A stretch of DNA of 62,592 nt, counting the filler, from Deltaproteobacteria bacterium (GTDB lineage Bacteria; JAGRBM01; JAHCIT01): NCBI GenBank assembly GCA_026129095.1. It is 3 parts of 3 records of this genome, joined end to end, with 100 filler letters (N's around TTAATTAATTAA, not from the genome) between each part and the next. Parts side by side here need not be neighbours in the genome. Positions count along the whole stretch, not along the records: positions 1 to 30,482 come from JAHCIT010000017.1; 2 more parts are not named here. One strand, 5' to 3'. Of this stretch, positions 1 through 8,236 are shown piece by piece (position 1 is the first letter of the stretch; every line of letters starts with the position of its first letter). The translations under genes and the position numbers were made by a program. The notes under the pieces are model-generated. The model saw only the letters and a program-made list of their open reading frames with translations, did no database searches and was not told the origin of the DNA.

Positions 1-127
1 CCCCCCCCCCCCCCCCCCGCCCCCCCCCCCCCCCCCCCCCCGGGCGCCCGGCGGGCGGGCGCGGCGGGGGCCCCGGGCCCGGCCCCCCCCCCCCCCCCCG
101 CCCGGGCCGCCCGGCCCCCCCCCCCCA
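1..127. other. Low-complexity poly-C/GC tract at contig start, likely a sequencing or assembly artefact
   Basis: Almost pure C/G runs that abruptly interrupt the radical SAM reading frame. Confidence 0.75.
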
Positions 128-843
128 CGGCCGAACTCCTCGGTAATCGAGCAGAAATTGCAGTAGGCCGGACATCCCCGGGTCGCCTGAACCGGGTAGA
201 CGAAATCCTGGAACGGATGGATAGCCGGATGGAACCAGCCTTCGACCAGCGACCAGTTGGGATCAGGCAGTGCACTCAACTCGGCATTGGTCAGGAACGG
301 CCGTTCGGGATTGTGCTCCTTTTTGCCGCCGTTCCAGTACGAGATCCCCACGACCGTCGCCGGATCACGTCCTGCGGCGATCACTTCGAGCAGTTCCGGA
401 AGTGTCTTCTCGCCCTCATTCCGGCACACGTAGTCAGCGTGGTCCAGGCACTCGTCCGGATTCAGGGTGGCGTGGGCGCCGCCCATCATCAGCGGCTTGC
501 CCATCTTCCGGATCTGGTCGGCGATACGGAATGCCTGCGGAGCCCATGATGTCTGGGTGGAAATACCGACGACATCCGCCTTGTCCACCATCCAGGGGGC
601 GAACGGCGTTATCTGCTCGTCATAAATATGCACCTCGTGCCCCATCTGCCGGCAGATTTCACCCAAGAGCTGCAGGCCGAGATGCGCGGTCCCCATGCCG
701 AAAAACCGGTGTGTGGAGAAGTTCCCCGAGTACCGGCGCCGGTCCGGGTAGATAAAGGTTATTCGCAGTTTCCTGACTGGCGCGGGGGGCCTGCCTTGAT
801 CCGATTGCCGGGGTTTTGCTGCTTTGCTCGTCGTTTTCTTCAT
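128..843 (-). CDS. B12-binding domain radical SAM protein, 3' end missing (not in the ORF track)
   Basis: Manual translation from ATG 843 gives MKKTTSK...LRITFIYP...HEVHIYDE...DVVGIS...MGGAHATLNP (B12-binding domain), then QATRGCPAYCNFC (CxxxCxxC), before running into the poly-C tract. Confidence 0.85.
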
Positions 844-1037
844 TGTTTCCGTCCAAGGGCAGAGTTTTTCGGCTTTTTTATCGCGTTTGACTGGTCAACC
901 AGTCAGCTTCATGACGATTAGGGCACTTTATGAAAAATGCAGTATTTTCAGTCGATTACCTGCCTCCATCATCAGTCCGCACACACATCACATGAATAGA
1001 CACTATTGTCTTTATAGAAGCGGGGTACAGAGGCCGA

Positions 1038-1053
1038 TATGACAACTGTCATA
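1038..1053. promoter_or_regulatory. Palindromic operator TATGACA-AC-TGTCATA between divergent genes
   Basis: Perfect 7-bp arms in the AT-rich intergenic region, with an extra half-site ACTGTCATA near 1107. Confidence 0.5.
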
Positions 1054-1178
1054 GCTTCCACGCCTTGCGTCATATCATGAAGACCGGTTTTCACCCCGAC
1101 CTGCGAACTGTCATACGGGGAGAACCTCCGGACACCACACCATGCAGCGACACCTGCAACTCAAGGGAGGTGGTGTGT

Positions 1179-2246
1179 ATGTCACTCAAGAGCCGGCTCG
1201 GCCGTGCATCCCTGCATCTGGTGGAGGCCGCTGGAGAACTCACTCCCTGGAATGACACGGTTCAGGCCATGAAACTCTCCAGGGCCATGACCGGATACCA
1301 GCTGACGATGGCCCTTGGCGCGGCGTACGAGCTTGGCATCATCGGTTATCTCAAGTCGCAGCGAACTTCCGGAGAAGTCGCCTCGTTCGCCGGAATGACG
1401 GAGCCCGCTGCCGAAGTCCTCCTCAATGCACTGGAAGAAGCAGGCACCATCCAGCGTGAAAACGGCCACATTGTTCTTACCACTGCCGCCCGTGCTCACT
1501 TGTGCCGGGAGGGCTGGAACCCCGGACGCGGAATGATCGACTTCATGCTCGGAACCTGGTCCTACTGGCGCGACCTGGGAACGGCGCTCCAGAAGAACGA
1601 GGGTCACCCGGTCGTCCGGGTCTATAATCCGGACAATCCGCTGATGGCCGAGTTCGTCCGGCTGACAACTTCCATGCTGGCTGCACCCAGCAAGGCGCTC
1701 GTCCAGAAGCTGGACCTGTCGAATGTCCGCCGGATGATCTGCGGCACCGTTGGCGTGAGCTTCGCCGCCGCTGTCACCCAGGCAAAGCCGGATGTCGAAA
1801 TCACCGTGTCATGCCTGCCACTGCTGATACGGGAACTGCCGGCCGCCGCCAGCCAGTTCAAACTGAAAAAGCCCACTGAGATTATCGAAAATACCGGTGA
1901 CGCAGAAAAGGACACCTGGGGCGCCAGCGAAAGCTACGATCTGGTCTTCCTTGCCCGGAAGTTCGGCTATTGCGGCCCCGAACACGGCATCCAGTACCTG
2001 CAAAAATCCAGGGAGGTCATTCCGCCGGGCGGCTATCTGATCCTGTGGGAACCGTTCGCCGACAATTTCGAACTGGCCCCGTGGATGAAGACAGCTTACG
2101 AACTTTCCGACGCCATGCTGGGCGAACCACGGCCGCTCTACCGCAAGCAGGATGTGGTTGATTTTGCCCGGGAAGCGGGATTCCCGGAAGTCAGCACCAT
2201 TGATGTTTCCCGCGGTTCGGTCTCGTTCGTTGTGGCCAGGAGATAG
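1179..2246 (+). CDS. O-methyltransferase-like protein (winged-helix dimerisation domain plus class I SAM fold)
   Basis: GGGAGG RBS before ATG 1179; LGAAYELGI...EVA...LLNAL N-terminal domain; YDLVFLA...PGGYLIL...EAGF C-terminal motifs; glycine-rich motif I is degenerate. Confidence 0.7.
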   Translation: MSLKSRLGRASLHLVEAAGELTPWNDTVQAMKLSRAMTGYQLTMALGAAYELGIIGYLKSQRTSGEVASFAGMTEPAAEVLLNALEEAGTIQRENGHIVLTTAARAHLCREGWNPGRGMIDFMLGTWSYWRDLGTALQKNEGHPVVRVYNPDNPLMAEFVRLTTSMLAAPSKALVQKLDLSNVRRMICGTVGVSFAAAVTQAKPDVEITVSCLPLLIRELPAAASQFKLKKPTEIIENTGDAEKDTWGASESYDLVFLARKFGYCGPEHGIQYLQKSREVIPPGGYLILWEPFADNFELAPWMKTAYELSDAMLGEPRPLYRKQDVVDFAREAGFPEVSTIDVSRGSVSFVVARR

Positions 2247-2440
2247 TCAGGGGAAGACTGGCGGGAAATCCGGGACGAAGTACAAACCCGGCTATGCTTG
2301 GAAGACCAGGTCGCCTGTGAACCCTGAAGCCCCGGTAACGGCTGTCTGACCTGTCTCTGCTAATCTTCGCCAAATCGTGCGGGAGTCCATGTGGCTATTG
2401 ACGGGTAACCGGGAAACCTTAAGGGCGCTGGACCGGGAAA

Positions 2441-3778
2441 TCACGGCCCGGGTACTCGCCTGTCAGGCCGCCACACAGCGGCCCACAGTGCCAGGGGCGC
2501 GATATGAAGGAGGACGCGGGAGAACGAGAGATGCACCTGAAAGTCGCGCTCCCAGGGTGTCACGAGATACAGGACGTAGATCACGAGCAGGTAGGCGGGG
2601 ACGATCCATAAGCCGTTGACCAGCAGCAGATCGCGCCTCCGTTCCGACCCGGCAAACCAAGCCAGTATCAGCCACCAGAACAGTCCTGAGCGCTGGGGCA
2701 GGAGGAACATCTGGCGGGCCATTTCGCCGGCCACCAGCCCCGCCCGGTCCAGCCCCCACAAGAGCCGCCCCGGAGTGAGGTGTTCCAGATAGCGTTCCTC
2801 GAACAGCGTGGCGATCTGCCCGCGAACGGCGAGCCATGGGACCAGCATGAGAATCCATGTCGCGACGAAAACGAGTTTTGCCCGGAACGGAATATCCGCC
2901 TGGCTCCACAAGACGACAGCAACCATTCCGGCGATGACCAGCCCTTCGTTTTTCGTTAGCCCGGCGAAGGCGGCACAGGCTCCGGCGAGCGCATACTGCG
3001 GAAGCCTGCCTTCGGCCTTCAGCGCCAGCCACAGCGAGGCGAACACATAGAAAGACAGCATCACATCGGCGAGTCCCGAATCTGCCCCGCCTTCCTCGAA
3101 TACCACCAGCGTCGGCATCAGTGCCCATGCAGAAACCAGCAGCAGCCTTTGGGGTGCGTCTTTCAGGGAATCCCAGAGCAGTCCGCCCATGGCGAAATAG
3201 AACCCCGCGGGGACAAGACGTACCCAGCGTTCATCGAATACACCGGACAGGATCGCCGCGAGCGCCTGCAGCACCGGCAGGAGCGGCGGGTATTGCGGAT
3301 GGCCGATGACAAACGCCGGATCATGAAGTTCCGGAGCCGGGTGGATTCCAGTATCGGCAATCAGACGTGCATGAAACATCCAGATCATGCGGGCATCGAA
3401 TGCCTTTACCGGCGTGGATAGAACGGTCAGGAGGATTGCCAGGGCAGTTCCCGCCACAACAGCGACTGCGATCCACTCCAGCGGCGAGAAATCCCGGCAT
3501 AGAGAACCGCTTCCGGCTCGTTCGTCCAGTGCCTTCTGCGTCCACGGTTTCCAGAGAAAAAGCCCCGCACCCAAGGCGATGCCGCAGATGACGGATGCCG
3601 AAGGAAACGCCAGCCGGATACCAGACCATACGAACAGCATCAGGAGATATCCGGAAAGCCCGAGTCCACAGCCCCACGCGAGACCAAAACGGACCGGCCA
3701 GTTCTGTCCCGGAATGACCCGGCAGACGCCGAGGCCCAAGGCACCTGCACAGACGATCAGGATAAGTAGCTCAGTCAT
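2441..3778 (-). CDS. Multi-pass membrane glycosyltransferase (GT-C/ArnT-PMT-like), paralog A
   Basis: Many TM segments; DARMIWMFHAR, HPQYPPL, TKNEG motifs. Confidence 0.7.
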   Translation of the reverse strand: MTELLILIVCAGALGLGVCRVIPGQNWPVRFGLAWGCGLGLSGYLLMLFVWSGIRLAFPSASVICGIALGAGLFLWKPWTQKALDERAGSGSLCRDFSPLEWIAVAVVAGTALAILLTVLSTPVKAFDARMIWMFHARLIADTGIHPAPELHDPAFVIGHPQYPPLLPVLQALAAILSGVFDERWVRLVPAGFYFAMGGLLWDSLKDAPQRLLLVSAWALMPTLVVFEEGGADSGLADVMLSFYVFASLWLALKAEGRLPQYALAGACAAFAGLTKNEGLVIAGMVAVVLWSQADIPFRAKLVFVATWILMLVPWLAVRGQIATLFEERYLEHLTPGRLLWGLDRAGLVAGEMARQMFLLPQRSGLFWWLILAWFAGSERRRDLLLVNGLWIVPAYLLVIYVLYLVTPWERDFQVHLSFSRVLLHIAPLALWAAVWRPDRRVPGP

Positions 3779-4536
3779 TGCGCGGTCCTGTTTGCGTACG
3801 GCTTCGGATCAAACTGGAAATGTTCGCCGCAGTCTTCGACAATCCACCGGATACCACGGTTTTCCATCCAGCCCGGCGGCAGGTCGTTCGTGGTGCATCC
3901 CGGCGCGTATGTGAGGTAAACCCGCACCGGGAACAGATGGGCCGAAAAATGCAGGTGTTCGGCCCGGAGGTATTCCCCCGGCCGGTCCTCAAAAACATTC
4001 CGCAGGATCACGATATTGCCGCCCGAATATCCCTCCCCACTAAGAAACTCCTGCCCCACGATATAGTTCTGCTCCAGAGGGTTCTCACTGAAGAGAACTT
4101 CTTTCTTTTCACCGAACGAAAGCCCCTGAAGCCATACCGTGCGCACGCCGTCACGGACGAACCGGACGGCAGTGAAGGCGAACGAATTGACGATCACCAG
4201 CAGAAGGAGCAGTTCCCGCCAGGAGATTTTCACCGTCTCCCGCAGTTTTGTGGGAAAAAGCAGCCAGCGAAGGAACTCCAGGCGGCAAACGCCCAGCAGG
4301 AGGTATCCGGCAACAGCGGCGATACCCGCTATCGCCGTCATCCAGTAGATGACCAGCAGTTCCGCGGTGAGCCGTTCGGGGAAACCGGGAATATACTGAA
4401 GGAAAAAGTGCCGCACGGCCCCCGCAAAATGGACAGACCCCAGCCCGAAGCTGGCGAGCAGGCAGAAAATTCCGGGCGCGAGCAGCCACAGGTTCCGGAC
4501 CCATACCGATCTTGGCATGCTGAAGTTACCGGCCAC
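3775..4536 (-). CDS. Membrane protein of unknown function, paralog A
   Basis: About 3 hydrophobic segments; 4-nt overlap with the downstream GT-C gene; N-terminus similar to 5702-6436. Confidence 0.7.
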   Translation of the reverse strand: MAGNFSMPRSVWVRNLWLLAPGIFCLLASFGLGSVHFAGAVRHFFLQYIPGFPERLTAELLVIYWMTAIAGIAAVAGYLLLGVCRLEFLRWLLFPTKLRETVKISWRELLLLLVIVNSFAFTAVRFVRDGVRTVWLQGLSFGEKKEVLFSENPLEQNYIVGQEFLSGEGYSGGNIVILRNVFEDRPGEYLRAEHLHFSAHLFPVRVYLTYAPGCTTNDLPPGWMENRGIRWIVEDCGEHFQFDPKPYANRTAQ

Positions 4537-5629
4537 CGGATGCGTCCTTTCCCGATGGCAGCGGCAGGAGACCGCGCCCCATCAGTTCACCGGCGACATG
4601 ACGGCCGAACTGCTCGTTGCCTTCTATTGTCATATGCATGTGATCCATGAAATACCGCACACGTGTGGACCATTCGGGCGGCGCAAAACTTTCTCCATCG
4701 ATCACGGCCTTCCACTGGTGGGTTCCTGCCAGGGCATCTTCCAGCCCGCCGCGCATGGCCTGCCGTTCGGCCAAATGACAGGCGACTGTTTCTTCCAGAC
4801 TTTTCGTGCGGCAGTAGTTGAATATCCAGAGCATGGGTTCGTAGGCGGCGAGGTCGTCCGCAGCCGCCTTTTCCGCCGTAAGAAATGACGGAGGAATGAC
4901 AATAACATGGGTGGCATTCAGGGCTGAAAGCTCATCATCCAGTTCCCTCACGCACCGGGCAAGGCGGTACCGGTGTTCCCGCTTGATGCGGTGGAATTCG
5001 CCGGGCGAAATCATGCCATGCCATGCGCCCCACTCGCCCATGAACCGGACCGTCCGGTTCCGGAAATCCACGAACAGGCGGCTGTCAACGGCCGGGTTCA
5101 GCCACCGGAGGCCCTTTGGCAGCCGCGGGAACGGCGACCAGTTGAGCGGTTCGGCGATACCCGGCCAGTTCCACCCTTCCATGAAAATCACAAGGTCCGG
5201 CCGGAGCAGGGGAATCAGCCGTTTCGCCACGATCAGGATATGTTCGCAGGAATAGCCGAGATCGGCGGCATTCATGACCTCGGCGTCCAGGCCCATGCTC
5301 CGGAACTGATGCTCCATCCGTGCCGGCCAGACATTCTCCCAGCCCGTGATCTGGTGGCCGTTGGTGGTAGATCCGCCCAGCATGAGTATCCGGAAACCGC
5401 CCGGAAGGCCCCGGACCGGGTGCAACCGCCCCCGGAGTTCGATGGTTTCCGGCCGAACCGGATCGAGCCAGCGGATCCGGTACTCCAGTTCATTGTCCCG
5501 CACGTAGGCGGAAAACGGAGACGGATACCGGACCTCAAGGTAGAAATTCCACAAGACAAGCAGGGCAATGGTGCCGGCGAACCCCAGTCCCGCCGCCATC
5601 CACCGCTTTCCATCAAGCCATCTGGCCAT
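4526..5629 (-). CDS. Membrane-anchored SGNH/GDSL hydrolase family protein
   Basis: N-terminal TM; LMLGGSTT (block I), EGWN (block III), DHMH (block V). Confidence 0.75.
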   Translation of the reverse strand: MARWLDGKRWMAAGLGFAGTIALLVLWNFYLEVRYPSPFSAYVRDNELEYRIRWLDPVRPETIELRGRLHPVRGLPGGFRILMLGGSTTNGHQITGWENVWPARMEHQFRSMGLDAEVMNAADLGYSCEHILIVAKRLIPLLRPDLVIFMEGWNWPGIAEPLNWSPFPRLPKGLRWLNPAVDSRLFVDFRNRTVRFMGEWGAWHGMISPGEFHRIKREHRYRLARCVRELDDELSALNATHVIVIPPSFLTAEKAAADDLAAYEPMLWIFNYCRTKSLEETVACHLAERQAMRGGLEDALAGTHQWKAVIDGESFAPPEWSTRVRYFMDHMHMTIEGNEQFGRHVAGELMGRGLLPLPSGKDASGGR

Positions 5630-5701
5630 GAATGTCCGTCCCGAATCCGTTTACTTGACCGTCCGGCCAATTTACGATTTCCCCGACGTAAAGGCCATTC
5701 C

Positions 5702-6436
5702 ATGCGCATCTGGCTCCACAACCTGTGGCTCGTCCCCGGCGGACTCCTGCTGCTTGCCGTGACGGCGGGGCTGGGGCCTGAGCATTTCAACGGAGTGATC
5801 CGGCACTATTTCCTTCGTGACATCGTGGAGCTTCCCCCACGGGTGCGGCTGGAACTGCACATTCTCTACTGGTTCGTGCTTCTGACGGGCACCGGCACCC
5901 TGCTGTCGTGGTTCATGTTTTCGCTGCGGAAAACCAGTGTGTGGGGATGGCTCACGGGAGGGGCCGGGTTTTCGCTGACGACGGGCCTCCTCATCTTGTG
6001 CGTGGCCGCCAACGGCCTGTTTCTGGCCGATCGCCTGATCCGGCAGACGGCAATGGAAATCGTCTGGGCCGGGAAGGATGTGGATCAGCGGCGGCAGCTC
6101 CGCTTCCTGGAGCTTGGCGACATCCATTCGCTGCGGCCTGAAACCATATTCGACCGGATACCCGAGATCCCGGACGCCTTCGCCATATTCCGGGCACCGC
6201 CAGAGGGCGAATCGGAACTGCTCATGCCGACCTATTACCTCAATATCTCCTACCATTTTTTCCCGACTCGTGTGTATTTCAGGCGCATCCCTGCCTGCGA
6301 GGAACGGGCAGAAGCAGCCGCCTGGGCCAGGTCCAGAGGGATCAGATACGCTGTCTGGGACTGCGGAACCCGCGGAACCCTGCCTCCGCTCACCGCGCTG
6401 GAAACAGGTATCGGCGAGCCGGGAGACGGCCGGTGA
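5702..6436 (+). CDS. Membrane protein of unknown function, paralog B
   Basis: Likely start ATG 5702 inside ORF 4973-6436; IWLHNLWL...GLGPEHF.G..RHYFL matches VWVRNLWL...GLGSVHF.G..RHFFL of 3775-4536; GTGA overlap with the next gene. Confidence 0.7.
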   Translation: MRIWLHNLWLVPGGLLLLAVTAGLGPEHFNGVIRHYFLRDIVELPPRVRLELHILYWFVLLTGTGTLLSWFMFSLRKTSVWGWLTGGAGFSLTTGLLILCVAANGLFLADRLIRQTAMEIVWAGKDVDQRRQLRFLELGDIHSLRPETIFDRIPEIPDAFAIFRAPPEGESELLMPTYYLNISYHFFPTRVYFRRIPACEERAEAAAWARSRGIRYAVWDCGTRGTLPPLTALETGIGEPGDGR

Positions 6437-7905
6437 ACCCGTTCTGGCTCGCCCTGTATCTTCTCCAGACCTTCGTTCTGGGCCTCCTCCTTCTGGAGTA
6501 TCTCACAGTCCGTTTCGGCAGCCGGGCAGAGACGCTCGCCGTTGCCTGGCTCGCCGGAGGCTTCCTGCTGGCCCTGCTGTTTTTCCTGACTTCGTGGCTC
6601 GTTGCCCCCTGGACGCCGGGCTTTGCGCGCGGGCTTTCGGCTGCCGTTGTGCTGGCCGGGGGCGGATTCCTGTACACCCGGCGGGAAATGCTGTTTCCCA
6701 AATCTGCCGAAACGCACCTCGAAAAAGCGCCTTTCCGCCCGCCGGTCGCATTGATATCCGATGTCCTTCTGGCCGTGTTCGTCATCTCCATGCTCACCGA
6801 TTCGGTCCGCAATCCGGTCGTTTCCGTGGACGTACGGGCGCACTGGGGGAGCCATGCGAAACTGTATTTCCACACCGGCACCCTCATGCCGCCCGAGCTG
6901 AACGTCACCGAGTTCGTCATCGGCCACGCCCAGTACCCGTTTCTCCAGCAGGCGAACGTGGCGTTCCTCTGCATGCTGACCGGCCAGTTCAGCGAGTGGG
7001 CCGCCCGGCTGGTGCCGGCGCTGTTCGCCATCGCCCTGATCGTCTTCATGCGCTGGGGCCTTGCCGGTCTGGACAGACTTTGCGGTGAAAATACAGGCGG
7101 CGGGGATGCCAGCCACTGGGCGTCCCCCGTTACGGCGATGGCCTGTCTCGTGCCCTGCTGGACGCTCTACGAACATGGGGCGGCCGATTCCGGCGTGGCG
7201 GACACGACGCTCGCCGCCTTTTTCCTCGCCGCCGTACTGCTGGCCCTGCGGGGAGTCCTGGAAGGCTCCACGCAAATCCTCATCCTGTCGGCCCTGCTTG
7301 GCGCGGCGGCGGGGCTCGTCAAGAACGAGGGCCTTCTGCTCGCGCCGCTTTTCTGCCTGCCGCTGCTGCTGTTTGCCGGGCGACCACGTTCCCTCAAGGC
7401 TCCCGCCCTGTGGTCCGGCGTCTGGCTGCTCGCGCTGCTTCCGTGGCTCGTCGCGCGCGGCGAGCGGGCCTCGTTCTACGAGGAGAACTACCTCGCCAAC
7501 CTCATCGCCTGGAACTGGCCGCACATCGCCCGGAAGGCGGAGCCGGTCCTGGGGCAGATGGGGCGGTACCTGCTATTCATGCCACACCGGTTCTCGCTGC
7601 TCGGCTGGCTGCTCGTGGCGCTGACGGTCCGGTGTCTGTTCCGGCTAATCCGTGAACGCGGCCTGAATCCGCCGCTCCTCATCCTGCTCTCCATCTGGAC
7701 CTACCTTGCGATCGTTTACCTGCTGTTCCTCGTCTCGCCCTGGTTCGGCGACATGCAGGTCCGCGCCGCCTTCGACCGGATACTCACCCACCTGGGGCCG
7801 GTGGTGGGGATGGTTGCAATTCATAAAAATATCTCCGAGGGGATTATTTCCACACGACTCCATATTCGCCGTCATATTCGGCACAATGTTCCTCTGGGTC
7901 GATAA
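6433..7905 (+). CDS. Multi-pass membrane glycosyltransferase (GT-C/ArnT-PMT-like), paralog B
   Basis: DVRAHWGSHAK, FVIGHAQYP, ADSGVAD, KNEGL motifs shared with 2441-3778. Confidence 0.7.
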   Translation: MNPFWLALYLLQTFVLGLLLLEYLTVRFGSRAETLAVAWLAGGFLLALLFFLTSWLVAPWTPGFARGLSAAVVLAGGGFLYTRREMLFPKSAETHLEKAPFRPPVALISDVLLAVFVISMLTDSVRNPVVSVDVRAHWGSHAKLYFHTGTLMPPELNVTEFVIGHAQYPFLQQANVAFLCMLTGQFSEWAARLVPALFAIALIVFMRWGLAGLDRLCGENTGGGDASHWASPVTAMACLVPCWTLYEHGAADSGVADTTLAAFFLAAVLLALRGVLEGSTQILILSALLGAAAGLVKNEGLLLAPLFCLPLLLFAGRPRSLKAPALWSGVWLLALLPWLVARGERASFYEENYLANLIAWNWPHIARKAEPVLGQMGRYLLFMPHRFSLLGWLLVALTVRCLFRLIRERGLNPPLLILLSIWTYLAIVYLLFLVSPWFGDMQVRAAFDRILTHLGPVVGMVAIHKNISEGIISTRLHIRRHIRHNVPLGR

Positions 7906-8236
7906 ACCCCTCGTAGTAGTAAATCTGACCTAGCCCGAATTCTTTATCCGGAATGATGGGATGATCCTCAATCAGGCAAACATCGATCAGGTCATCCCGG
8001 CTACACGGATCATCAGAGGAGAACTCGCCCCCGTCCTCCGAACAGGATTTTTCGACCTTTTCCTCTTCAATACCAAAGTATCCCGACGCATTTGAATGTA
8101 TCAGAACCTCAATGCACATCTTTTCGTCAGGGTAGTCGCAGGAGACTTCCTTGAAATCGAATTTATCGCAGCCCGCAAGGGACAGCACAATCCCCAGTGC
8201 CCGAAGGCCGCCGGTCACGGTGAAACCCGGTTTCAT
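7844..8236 (-). CDS. Acidic Cys-rich lipoprotein; candidate immunity protein for the Rhs toxin
   Basis: ATG 8236 overlaps the Rhs stop (ATGA); signal peptide with lipobox LAG-C; 6 further Cys; D/E-rich. Confidence 0.75.
   Translation of the reverse strand: MKPGFTVTGGLRALGIVLSLAGCDKFDFKEVSCDYPDEKMCIEVLIHSNASGYFGIEEEKVEKSCSEDGGEFSSDDPCSRDDLIDVCLIEDHPIIPDKEFGLGQIYYYEGFIDPEEHCAEYDGEYGVVWK

Noticed and set aside
1-127. Poly-C tract as a biological repeat or G-quadruplex
   Set aside because: It sits at the contig edge and interrupts a conserved gene, as expected of a sequencing artefact
4973-5701. N-terminal 243 aa of ORF 4973-6436
   Set aside because: Antisense to the SGNH gene; paralogy indicates the real start is 5702
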